From a virus: a stretch of 57,595 nt of DNA. Position 1 is the stretch's first letter. The number at the start of each line of letters is the position of its first letter. The notes beneath the pieces were generated by a model that searched no databases, had not been told where the DNA came from, and was given only the letters and a program-made list of their open reading frames with translations. The DNA is taken from positions 1 to 57,595 of the IMG/VR virus record IMGVR_UViG_3300030248_000076, one strand, 5' to 3'. This document shows, in pieces, positions 35,466-43,839 of this stretch. Both the position numbers and the translations under genes were made by a program.

Positions 35466-35711
35466 TCAAAAATCGCGAACTTGAGCTGTCTTCATGACGG
35501 GTAAGGTGGAATACCTTTCCCGCAAATAAAGTGCCCAAGCTCTGGGAATGCCTTCTTGCTTCCATTCAGAAACGCTCGACGCAGTAATTCCACAAAGTCG
35601 CGCAAGAGCAGAAGTGCCGCCGAGAGCCTCAACGACTTCAATAGAAATTTGGGCAGGCAAACGCTTAGGTGGCTTAGCCTGATGCTTAGGTATTTTTCGG
35701 TCTGAACTCAT
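35466..35711 (-). CDS. Cro-like HTH regulator
   Basis: 81 aa, HTH GGTSALARLCGITASSVSEW, divergent from the repressor gene. Confidence 0.7.
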   Translation of the reverse strand: MSSDRKIPKHQAKPPKRLPAQISIEVVEALGGTSALARLCGITASSVSEWKQEGIPRAWALYLRERYSTLPVMKTAQVRDF

Positions 35712-35716
35712 TATAT

Positions 35717-35807
35717 TTAGGCATACCGGAGATAAACTTTCGCCGATTATACGGCATGCCTGACTATTACAAGTGAGGAACTCACGCTAACATTTACGGC
35801 ATACCGA
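35717..35807. promoter_or_regulatory. Three 14-bp operators in the cro/repressor intergenic region
   Basis: ttaggcataccgga (35717), tacggcatgcctga (35750), ttacggcataccga (35794). Confidence 0.7.
35746..35751 (-). promoter_or_regulatory. Candidate PR -10 (perfect TATAAT on the minus strand), overlapping the middle operator
   Basis: Minus strand reads ggcatgccgTATAATcgg. The -35 is unclear. Confidence 0.5.
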
Positions 35808-35820
35808 CACGGAGGCCGGG

Positions 35821-36522
35821 ATGAGTACACTTGAAGAACGGCTTAATGAGGCATTCGCCCAAGCAAAAGAAAGCAATCCGAAGATTTCGAAGTCAGGCTT
35901 GGCTCGTGCTTGTGACGTTCGTCCGTCAAGCGTTACGGATTGGTTTAACGGCCGGACCAGAGAAATGACGGCCATAAACTCCCAAAAGGCTGCGCTTTAT
36001 CTTGGTGTGTCTTCGGCGTGGTTATCGACCGGTAAAGGATCGATGAAGTCTTCAAGCGTCACGGTGTTTGATGAAGGAGACGCGCTTGACAATGATGAAT
36101 ACGTCGAGATTCCAGAATATTCAGTAACCTGCTCGGCTGGGCCGGGACGTGAAGTGATTTTTGAAGAAGTCTGTGATTCAAACCCCGCTCGCTATCGCAG
36201 GTCTTGGTTTCAGTCCAGGGGCATTAATCCAGATCACTGCAAACGCTTTAAGGTGCACGGGGACTCGATGGAGCCGTTGCTTTGGGATGGAGACACAATC
36301 CTTGTCGACTGCGGCGTCAAGGATGTCTTAGATGGGAAAATTTATGCGTTCATGATCCGCGGTTCTATGCGCGTCAAGATTCTGCATCCGCTTTTGCGCG
36401 GTGGGTATCTCGTGCAATCGCTTAACCCCGACATCCCTGATGAAACGTTGGATGATGGTGATTTAGACGCTTTTTTCTTAATCGGACGGGTCCGCGACCG
36501 CAGCGGATCAAGCATGTTCTAA
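35821..36522 (+). CDS. CI-like repressor (HTH_XRE plus S24 LexA-type autopeptidase)
   Basis: N-terminal HTH, a C-terminal GDSMEP serine motif and an RVK lysine motif. GGAGG RBS. Confidence 0.9.
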   Translation: MSTLEERLNEAFAQAKESNPKISKSGLARACDVRPSSVTDWFNGRTREMTAINSQKAALYLGVSSAWLSTGKGSMKSSSVTVFDEGDALDNDEYVEIPEYSVTCSAGPGREVIFEEVCDSNPARYRRSWFQSRGINPDHCKRFKVHGDSMEPLLWDGDTILVDCGVKDVLDGKIYAFMIRGSMRVKILHPLLRGGYLVQSLNPDIPDETLDDGDLDAFFLIGRVRDRSGSSMF

Positions 36523-36550
36523 GCTTTTTAAATCGCCCCAGACCCACCCA

Positions 36551-36578
36551 AGCCCGCCATGTGCGGGCTTTTCTTTTG
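36551..36578 (+). terminator. Intrinsic terminator after the repressor gene
   Basis: Stem gcccgc/gcgggc, loop catgt, then TTTTCTTTT. Confidence 0.8.
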
Positions 36579-36594
36579 ACGTAACTCAAACAAG

Positions 36595-36643
36595 TTCGGT
36601 ATGCCGAAGTTTCACTGTTGCGGCGAATATTAGGCATGCCGTA
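36595..36643. promoter_or_regulatory. Two further operator copies (OL-like), with a possible promoter TTGCGG-17/18-TAGTAT
   Basis: ttcggtatgccgaa (36595), ttaggcatgccgta (36630). The promoter call is weak. Confidence 0.55.
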
Positions 36644-37078
36644 GTATTCGGTTCACGGCAAAGCGTTATTAAATGAGCGCTTGCCTAAATCGGCCTAAAC
36701 GCTTCGGCGCACGGTCGACGCAGGGGTGCGATGCCCCGGACCGGAAAGATCCGCCGACGGCACGGCGGGAACTGCGAGCGACGCCATTCGACCTATATGG
36801 CTATGTCAGAGGCCTGCCTCAGAACGGCTTTACGGTGAAGTGTACCTTCACGGCTCTGACAGAGAAAAGGCCAACCGAAGCCAGTTGCGCGGATTATCCG
36901 ACCAGCTGGCTTCCATGGGTCTTTTCAAGACATCTCATTTTTGGAACCGTAATGCATCCTGAATTAAAGCGCAGTATTGAGCATTGGGACGGAAGGATCG
37001 AAAGCCTCCCCCACTACCGTGGTTGCCAAGTTTTCCCGGGGGAGGCTGACGTTATGCCGATGCGCTGCACCTGCGGCG

Positions 37079-37429
37079 TCACCATTCTCGCGCAACGTCG
37101 GTTGCTGAAACTCCCCCTGTACTACTTGATCCGATTTCGATGGCATGCCAGATGCGCGATCCGACGCATTCACCCAGTTCTACGCTGGAAACAGCAGAAA
37201 GGTAAACAAAGAAAGGTTTGCCGGTGGATCCATGCTCTGGCACAGGATTGGGCATTTTATAGATGTGCAGCCACCAACCTCTGTTGGTGTTCGAGCCGCA
37301 CTCCAAAACCAACGCCGACAGACGTCCCAGCGTCCGATGCTGAATGTTCAGCAAGCGAAATTCATTCTGGCTCTGCTCGGCAAGAGCCTTAAACCGCTCC
37401 GCTGTAAGCGTGCAAGTTTTCGTTTGCAT
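37079..37429 (-). CDS. Hypothetical protein in the immunity region (uncertain)
   Basis: 116-aa ORF with an AGGA RBS. The first half looks coding by third-position GC judged by eye. It overlaps a 239-aa plus-strand ORF of odd composition. Confidence 0.35.
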   Translation of the reverse strand: MQTKTCTLTAERFKALAEQSQNEFRLLNIQHRTLGRLSALVLECGSNTNRGWWLHIYKMPNPVPEHGSTGKPFFVYLSAVSSVELGECVGSRIWHAIEIGSSSTGGVSATDVAREW

Positions 37430-37502
37430 ACTCTGTTTTCCTACTTAAGAGTGTGTTAACGGGGCGGGACGTGCTGCAACACGTTCCGCCCACCCTGATT
37501 GG

Positions 37503-37525
37503 CTCCGAATATTCGGGGCTTTTTT
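37503..37525 (+). terminator. Intrinsic terminator upstream of the rha operon
   Basis: Stem ctccga/tcgggg, loop atat, then CTTTTTT. Confidence 0.55.
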
Positions 37526-37526
37526 A

Positions 37527-37555
37527 TTGCCTTTTTTTGAAGAATGGGGCATACT
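37527..37555 (+). promoter_or_regulatory. Candidate sigma70 promoter TTGCCT-17-CATACT
   Basis: Spacing is 17 nt. It sits just upstream of the structured leader. Confidence 0.35.
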
Positions 37556-37562
37556 CCGCTTT

Positions 37563-37730
37563 GGTGCTCAAAACACCATGAACTAGCGTGAGTCCGCCAC
37601 GTCAGAATGCGGGTATTTTTGTATCTGCGTCTTTTGAAGACGCGGATGGCTCAGCTTATGGCCGAGCGTGAGGCTAATACAAGACCCGCAAGGGAAATAC
37701 GCCCGCCGACTAGTTCCGGTTTTGAGCGCT
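37563..37730 (+). ncRNA. Candidate structured leader RNA / ncRNA upstream of rha
   Basis: Long-range helices 37563-37574 with 37719-37730 and 37580-37586 with 37710-37716 enclose hairpins, one with a GCAA tetraloop. Confidence 0.35.
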
Positions 37731-37783
37731 TGGCCACCCTACTCAAAATGGGGTGAACATTCAATTTGAACTAGGAGTTTGCA

Positions 37784-38626
37784 ATGTCTCAGATCATTGC
37801 CGCCAACGCCTTCAAAGTCGTCGAAGGTCGCCCCGTAACGTCCAGCCGAATCGTCGCAGAATACTTCGGCAAGCAACACCATCATGTAGTTCGTGACATT
37901 CGAACTCTTATCTCGCAGAAGCCTGATTTAGAACGAAACGCCAATTTTGGCGAATGCTCTGAAACGATCAATCTTGCGAATGGAGCTACCCGACAGGTCC
38001 CTTTCTTTTGGATGGATCGAAAGGGATTCTCGCTCCTTGCGATGGGCTTCACTGGCGCCAAAGCGCTCGACTTCAAGTGCGCGTTCTACGATCAGTTCGA
38101 ACGCATGGAGGAGTCGCTGCGAGCACCGTCTGACCAGTCTGCGCTCATCACGACTACAGAGCAGTACGAAATCCGCAAGACTATCAAGTCACGTGCTAAG
38201 AACTCATCGGTTCACTATCAGACGGTCTACAACGCTCTTTACGACTACTTCAAGATCGCGAGCTACAAAGACCTGCGGCACGACCAGATGAAGGCTGCAC
38301 TCACGCTCATCGAAACCTGCACACTTAAGCCGCAGCTTCCGGCGCCGACGCTTGCGGAAGGCTCAGTCATCTTGTCCGCTCAAGAGGCCGAAGCCCTGCT
38401 CACATTCATCTATTACGTGAGATTTCTCTTTGCTGACGTCTTTGGAAAGCTTGACGGCCTTTTGCGCATAGTTGATTCGCCTTTGGCCGGAAGCTTTTGG
38501 GACGCTTTCCATGAAGTTTCTTGGGGTCGCATCCTAGAAATTCTTGCCAAGCACGGGCACGACATCAACGACATGCCCTGCTATCAGCACTGGTTGGCAC
38601 AGCAACCAAAGCGCAAAGCCGCGTAA
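37784..38626 (+). CDS. Rha-family phage regulatory protein (N-domain) fused to the C-domain shared with the Bro protein at 45297
   Basis: N-terminus VEGRPVTSSRIVAEYFGKQHHHVVRDIR is Rha-like. The C-terminal 161 aa are repeated at 45630-46115. Confidence 0.8.
   Translation: MSQIIAANAFKVVEGRPVTSSRIVAEYFGKQHHHVVRDIRTLISQKPDLERNANFGECSETINLANGATRQVPFFWMDRKGFSLLAMGFTGAKALDFKCAFYDQFERMEESLRAPSDQSALITTTEQYEIRKTIKSRAKNSSVHYQTVYNALYDYFKIASYKDLRHDQMKAALTLIETCTLKPQLPAPTLAEGSVILSAQEAEALLTFIYYVRFLFADVFGKLDGLLRIVDSPLAGSFWDAFHEVSWGRILEILAKHGHDINDMPCYQHWLAQQPKRKAA
38141..38626 (+). repeat. 486-bp direct repeat, copy 1 (shared antirepressor C-domain)
   Basis: Aligns without gaps to 45630-46115, including one 65-bp identical run. 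Confidence 0.9.
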
Positions 38627-38724
38627 CCACTCAGCACATCTGAGATCACTCTAAAAACTTCGTCGGCCGCCCTCGTGTTTTCGCGAGGGCGCTAGGCGAA
38701 CTCGTACCTAAAAAAGGACACGCC

Positions 38725-38889
38725 ATGAAGCACCTCAAGAGCTTCTTCGGCCACAACAGCCGCACGGGTTTCAGCGTCGGCGCCATCGTAGCCGTTGCAT
38801 TCGCCTCTGTGGCAGGGCTTTACGGACTGATGAGCGGCATCTTCTATTTCATGAGGTGGGCTTATCTCGCAGGTTATGCGCCATTTTGA
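38725..38889 (+). CDS. Small membrane protein (54 aa, not in the ORF track)
   Basis: Hand translation MKHLKSFFGHNSRTGFSVGAIVAVAFASVAGLYGLMSGIFYFMRWAYLAGYAPF. AAGGA RBS. Confidence 0.5.
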   Translation: MKHLKSFFGHNSRTGFSVGAIVAVAFASVAGLYGLMSGIFYFMRWAYLAGYAPF

Positions 38890-38900
38890 AGGAGCGTTCA

Positions 38901-39149
38901 ATGAGCTGGAATTACCCAGACGGCTTCGATCCGCGCCTGTTAGATCGGAAGCTTGATATCGAATCCGATTCGGATGAACTGGCGCATCAGATTCTTGAGA
39001 ACGAAGGTCCTGCGGCTAGCTGCACGCTCTTTGATGCTGGCGAGTACCTGTTCGACTTCTTCAACAACACACCAATCCCGCCTGACTTCTTAGAGGAATT
39101 CGCTCAGTTGACAACTCAAAAGATTCAAGCACTGCGAGCACAAAAATGA
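38901..39149 (+). CDS. Hypothetical acidic protein
   Basis: Start MSWNYPDG with a GGAG RBS. Confidence 0.55.
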   Translation: MSWNYPDGFDPRLLDRKLDIESDSDELAHQILENEGPAASCTLFDAGEYLFDFFNNTPIPPDFLEEFAQLTTQKIQALRAQK

Positions 39150-39511
39150 ACACAAAAACTACGACTGCACAGGTTCTGGGAAAAACATTCCCTCATCCGA
39201 TCTTTGAATTCATCGATACCGTTGCCTTTTTGGTGGCAGAAGATGAATCGCACCCAATTGAAAAAGCGGCGAAAGATGATATGGATGGCTTCCAAGCCAC
39301 ATTCATCTACATGGCCAAGGCGGCAACGCCTGTAGAAGCTGCGTCCGGAGATTACAAGTCCGTTCACGCCGCAATCCTCCAGTACGCGACCACGCTTGCC
39401 GCGTACTACTGGAAGATCAAACACGCCGACGACGACGCAGAAGATGCAGAAGTCGCGAGACGCGCATTGCCGCCGGCGATTGCACGAGCTCTGCCTTATG
39501 TCGCCGCCTAA
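39146..39511 (+). CDS. Hypothetical protein
   Basis: 121-aa ORF, ATGA-coupled to its neighbour. Confidence 0.55.
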   Translation: MNTKTTTAQVLGKTFPHPIFEFIDTVAFLVAEDESHPIEKAAKDDMDGFQATFIYMAKAATPVEAASGDYKSVHAAILQYATTLAAYYWKIKHADDDAEDAEVARRALPPAIARALPYVAA

Positions 39512-40322
39512 ACCGATTTTTTCGCCGCAGGCCGCACGAGCTTCTGACGAGAATGCTCCGATCCGCACGACCAAGTACGTTATTCCGCCTGATGCGGTTC
39601 GATTAACTCCTGACGGAAAGCTGGACGAACAGCGTTTGCAAGAGGTGATCAGTCACATCGAGCCTTTTGATAAAGGACGGAGGCTGCGGCGATCTGATGA
39701 ATTCAGGGCTCTGGTAGAAAAAGCTTTGAAGCTCTCGGTTTCGCAACTCGTAATCAGCAGAGTCACAGGGGCATCAGTCACTTATGTGCGAAGGGTCGAT
39801 GCTGAAATTAAGAGCAGATGCCAGAACAAAAAAATCAGTGAGGAGATTCGCCAACAGGCCGCTCCACTTAGAGGACCATCAAATAGATACCCCAAAGCAT
39901 TTCGCCAACTAACCGCGGAATGCATAAAAAACGGCAAGTTAAATGTAATAGAGCTGTCTCACGCTCTGGGCGTAAATCCTGAATACGTCCGGAACGTGAA
40001 ACGCGAGATGCAAGGTTTGCAAAAGCCGAAATGCGTCTCCCCTCCTGAGATCGAAGAAGAAGATCCCGTGCTTCTTCCTGAAAGACGCCTCATGAATTGC
40101 GCGTCGTCTTTCAACGTTGTGCAGTGCGGCGGACGGCACGAAATCACCTGCTTCGACAGTCGTGGCGCCCAGATCGGACGAATGATCGTCGAACTTCATA
40201 GAGAAGGCAAACCCACTCCGTCATACGTGATCGTGATCGACCAGAACGGTCGGTCAGAGTCGTACTTCAACGGCGGCGAGCGCCTCGAATTCCTGCAAAA
40301 GCTTACGGGTCAAAAGCTATGA
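39498..40322 (+). CDS. Hypothetical protein with HTH-like segments
   Basis: Start MSPPKPIF; 274 aa. Confidence 0.5.
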   Translation: MSPPKPIFSPQAARASDENAPIRTTKYVIPPDAVRLTPDGKLDEQRLQEVISHIEPFDKGRRLRRSDEFRALVEKALKLSVSQLVISRVTGASVTYVRRVDAEIKSRCQNKKISEEIRQQAAPLRGPSNRYPKAFRQLTAECIKNGKLNVIELSHALGVNPEYVRNVKREMQGLQKPKCVSPPEIEEEDPVLLPERRLMNCASSFNVVQCGGRHEITCFDSRGAQIGRMIVELHREGKPTPSYVIVIDQNGRSESYFNGGERLEFLQKLTGQKL

Positions 40323-40367
40323 ACCAATTTTTGATTTGGTTGATAACCAAATTTATGGAGTCACATC

Positions 40368-41321
40368 ATGATTGAATCTAAAGAGCTGCTTCCTGCTCCG
40401 CAGGATGTAGGGCAAGCGCTGGCCTACGCACAAGAACTGTCCAAGTCTGAGCTATTGCCGGCCATTTACAAAGGCAAGCCGCAAAACATCCTCATTGCGA
40501 TGATGTGGTCGAAATCCATCGGCATGCCGACCATTCAAGGTTTGAATTCAATCGCCGTTATCAATGGCAGACCCAGCTTGTATGGTGACGCTTTGAAGGC
40601 TCTTGTGATGTCTAGCGGGCAATGTGAAGACTTCGAAGAGAGTTTCGACGAAAAGGCGTACACAGCAACATGCAGGATCAAGCGTCGCGGCATCCCGTCG
40701 CCGACAGTAGCTACGTTCTCATATGAAGAGGCTGGCACGGCTGGCTTAACAGGAAAAACTGGACCGTGGAAACAATATCCAAAACGCATGTGCCAGATGC
40801 GCGCACGTGCGTTTGCGATACGCGACGCTTTCCCAGATCTCTTGATGGGCATTGCGGTCGCTGAAGAGCAGCAGGACGCGATGGGCGTGGAAGACGCTTC
40901 CTATGAACACCCCGAACCCGTTGCTGAGAAAAAGATGCCGCGCCGCAAGAAAAAGGAAGTTTCGCCGGAGGTTGTGGACGTAGCTGAACAGCCGGCCCCT
41001 GCTGCCGAAAAGGCAGACGTTCAGGCGGTTGATGAGGCCCCCGCAAAAAGTGACGTGGAACAGGCGCCAGAAACGGTTGAGGCGATTCCAGAAATGGATG
41101 AGGCGTCAGAAACGGTTGAGGCGATTCCGGAAATGGATGAGCCGCCATTCGAAGGCGCGCAGAGCGTCTCGGAGTTCATGGCGAAAATCGACGCGGCCAA
41201 CAGCTACGAGGAAGTCGTAGCGATCTGGAAGACTACGCCGGCTGATATTCGCCCTGTGATTCTGGAGGCATGCGCGAAGCGCCGAGATCAGCTTCAAGCA
41301 ACTTCGAAGAGGAACCCATGA
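40368..41321 (+). CDS. recT: RecT-family single-strand annealing protein
   Basis: LPAIYKGKPQNILIAMMWSKSIGM...INGRPSLYGDAL...QYPKRMCQMRARAFAIRDAFPDLL. Acidic C-tail with a 39-bp tandem duplication. Confidence 0.85.
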   Translation: MIESKELLPAPQDVGQALAYAQELSKSELLPAIYKGKPQNILIAMMWSKSIGMPTIQGLNSIAVINGRPSLYGDALKALVMSSGQCEDFEESFDEKAYTATCRIKRRGIPSPTVATFSYEEAGTAGLTGKTGPWKQYPKRMCQMRARAFAIRDAFPDLLMGIAVAEEQQDAMGVEDASYEHPEPVAEKKMPRRKKKEVSPEVVDVAEQPAPAAEKADVQAVDEAPAKSDVEQAPETVEAIPEMDEASETVEAIPEMDEPPFEGAQSVSEFMAKIDAANSYEEVVAIWKTTPADIRPVILEACAKRRDQLQATSKRNP

Positions 41322-41932
41322 TGTCAGACATCATCATCACTGGCGACATCACAGAGCCTGAGTTCGACGAAGACGGGCATGTGTATATGGTTGACGGTCG
41401 TCCGGTTCCGTCAGTTACGCAGGTCATGAGGCCTCTAACTCAGCAGGCATACGCGAGCATTCCCGCCGAAACGCTGAGGCTGGCAGCCGAGCGCGGGACA
41501 GCAGTTCACGCATGCACAGAGTATGACGACGCAGGCGAGCTCGATGAGGCATCGGTTGAAGACGGCTGGAGACCGTACCTAGAAGCGTACCGAAAGTGGC
41601 GCGCTGACGTGAAGCCTCAGATTGATGCGGCAGAACTGCGTCTCGGGTGCAAAAAGTACTGCGGGACTATTGATCGCCTCTGCACGATCAATGGCGAATC
41701 GTGGGTGATCGACCTGAAAACTACGAGCGAAATTCATCCGCACGTCGGTGTGCAGTTGGCTGCGTATGAGGCTCTGGCCGCCGCGAAGTTTGGAAAGCAT
41801 TTCCGGCGAGGCGCGCTACAGCTGAGGTCTGATGGGACCTATCGGTTTACCGAGTTCGTTAGCTACCTCGACGCAGTTTGTTTTGCCGGTTTGCTCAGCA
41901 TTAATTATTGGGAAGCGAAAAATGACTACTGA
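41318..41932 (+). CDS. PD-(D/E)XK exonuclease (recombination partner of RecT)
   Basis: Motifs GTAVH, GTIDRL, WVIDLKT and QLAAY. ATGA overlap with recT. Confidence 0.7.
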   Translation: MMSDIIITGDITEPEFDEDGHVYMVDGRPVPSVTQVMRPLTQQAYASIPAETLRLAAERGTAVHACTEYDDAGELDEASVEDGWRPYLEAYRKWRADVKPQIDAAELRLGCKKYCGTIDRLCTINGESWVIDLKTTSEIHPHVGVQLAAYEALAAAKFGKHFRRGALQLRSDGTYRFTEFVSYLDAVCFAGLLSINYWEAKNDY

Positions 41933-42608
41933 AACAATTTCTCTGGCGATGCCAGAACAATCGGCCTTGATTGCAGAGGCCGACGACGCTAAGAGCACTG
42001 CGGACTTCCTTGTCGTCACTGATGAAGAAAGTCTAAAGATTGCCAAGGACGAGATGAACGCGATGACCAAGCGCATGAAGGCGCTTGATGCGAAGCGGAA
42101 GGAGATCACGAAGCCGCTCGACGACGCGAAAAAGGCTGTAATGAACCTTTTCAAGCCGCCGATCGACACGTATCAAGGCGCGATCAACGTCATCAAATTC
42201 GGGATTGCACGATATGTCGAAGATCAGGAGCGTATCGCCGCCGAAGCTCGAATGAGAGCAGAAGCAGAGGCCGCCGCCGCGCGTGCCGCTCTTGAGGCCA
42301 AGGCTCGCGAGGCCGAGACACCGCAAGAGGCAGAAGTGATCAAAGAGGCTGCCGCGCTTGTCGTGCCAGCAGCCGTTACGGCGAAGCCCGCCGCTAAGGT
42401 AAGCGGCATGAGTACGCAGAAGGTGTGGAGAGGACGCGTCGTTGACATGGGCGCTTTCCTTGCACACGTAGCTATACATCCAGAATGCTTCGACTTAATC
42501 GAAGTGAAGCAAGGCGCACTCGACCGATTTATCCGCGCTACTGGCGGAGCAGTTGCAATCCCCGGCGTTGAGACGCATCAGGAAACAATCGTCTCCTCTC
42601 GCGGTTGA
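41922..42608 (+). CDS. Coiled-coil protein of unknown function (recombination module)
   Basis: Start MTTETISL; Ala/Glu-rich central helix. Confidence 0.5.
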   Translation: MTTETISLAMPEQSALIAEADDAKSTADFLVVTDEESLKIAKDEMNAMTKRMKALDAKRKEITKPLDDAKKAVMNLFKPPIDTYQGAINVIKFGIARYVEDQERIAAEARMRAEAEAAAARAALEAKAREAETPQEAEVIKEAAALVVPAAVTAKPAAKVSGMSTQKVWRGRVVDMGAFLAHVAIHPECFDLIEVKQGALDRFIRATGGAVAIPGVETHQETIVSSRG

Positions 42609-42844
42609 CCGTTTTTCCGCCCTGCTACTTGAGGCGAACGTAATGACTTCCCGAGCGGCGGGGCGGATTCTTAATTGGGGAAATCGGGTGACGCAGATAT
42701 TTCCGAGTTTCGCTGACCCTTCGGCGAAATCACACAAGGGCGGGCATCTGCATTGCAGGCAGGCATACGATGCCAACTCCAACCCGCCCTCCCCTATCCA
42801 CATTCCGCAAAAGAAGACGCGCCGAAAGGCGCAAAGGCGAAATC

Positions 42845-43108
42845 ATGGAAGAAGACGATATGTTCTCAGATGAACGCGATTTTCGCGTGACGCATAGAGA
42901 ATTAGTACGCAGGGTAGGCGTTAAACCTGATGAGCTCCTGGACATGCTTGAAACCCTAGATATTTGTAGGCTAGGGTTAATCAAAATGCGCGGCGGCCTT
43001 TGTTTTACTGAGAAGCAGGCGGAAATCATTGTTCATAACTTTGACTTCTTTCGCCGGATGCACGTGGACTACGTCAAACGACTTCTTAATCGCGGGTTAG
43101 CAGGATGA
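42845..43108 (+). CDS. Hypothetical protein
   Basis: Start MEEDDMFS. Confidence 0.45.
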   Translation: MEEDDMFSDERDFRVTHRELVRRVGVKPDELLDMLETLDICRLGLIKMRGGLCFTEKQAEIIVHNFDFFRRMHVDYVKRLLNRGLAG

Positions 43109-43183
43109 GGACTTGTATCGTCTTGCGTTCGAGACGCAGCCGAAGAAGATCCGGCGGCGCCTACATAAAAAGAAGGAAGTCAA

Positions 43184-43567
43184 ATGAAAAGGGATTGGGA
43201 CATTGTCAGGGAAGTGCTTGAGGCCGTGGAGAGCGGTGATGTTGCTGGGTATATCCGTTCTGAAGAATTCCGAACGCGATTTCCAGCCAACCCGCCGGCC
43301 GACTTCTTGGGCCACGTCGAAATCTTGATAGATGCAGGGATCATCAAAAACGCGTGTGTGAAAAGAAACCCCGACGGAGGGTTCGGGTTTTGGGACTTTC
43401 GCGGTGCGTTTGTCACGATGCAAGGACACGACCTGTTAGATGCTATGCGCAACAAAGAGTTGTGGCAACGCGTGAAATCGAAATCGCTTCACACTGGAAT
43501 TTCGTTGTCTTGGGAATTTATCAAGGCAGCCATCCCTGTTGTAATCACAGAGGTTTTAACCAAATGA
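43184..43567 (+). CDS. DUF2513-like winged-helix protein
   Basis: MKRDWDIVREVLEAVE...TMQGHDLLDAMRNKELW pattern. Confidence 0.6.
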   Translation: MKRDWDIVREVLEAVESGDVAGYIRSEEFRTRFPANPPADFLGHVEILIDAGIIKNACVKRNPDGGFGFWDFRGAFVTMQGHDLLDAMRNKELWQRVKSKSLHTGISLSWEFIKAAIPVVITEVLTK

Positions 43568-43809
43568 AAACCGAAAGACTTATCGCGCTGAGCGAATCCG
43601 AATCTGCACTTCTGTCTAGGCTGTCCATTTTGCCGGTCAAGATTCTTAGCCAGATCCCGCCCGATGTTCTCAAAAAAGCAACTGAGAAACTGATCGAGAA
43701 TGGGTTGTTGGAGCCTGAAGACATCCCGACCCAAGAGGATATGGAAGCCTTGGACAGGCTTGCCGACAGAATCGGAATCCCCTCACTGAAGGACGTCATG
43801 ATGAATTGA
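43564..43809 (+). CDS. Hypothetical protein
   Basis: 81 aa, ATGA-coupled to the previous gene. Confidence 0.5.
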   Translation: MKTERLIALSESESALLSRLSILPVKILSQIPPDVLKKATEKLIENGLLEPEDIPTQEDMEALDRLADRIGIPSLKDVMMN

Positions 43810-43839
43810 ACCATCAAGCGCAGGGGCGTTTATGAACAA

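Noticed and set aside
36673-37392. 239-aa plus-strand ORF as an N-like antiterminator
   Set aside because: The composition (many Cys, Trp, Arg, Pro) and its overlap with better-looking antisense ORFs make it unconvincing as it stands. It is kept only as part of the ambiguous-region finding.
38692-38901. Tracked 69-aa minus-strand ORF
   Set aside because: It is antisense to a better plus-strand 54-aa membrane ORF with an RBS (38725-38889), within a plus-strand operon.
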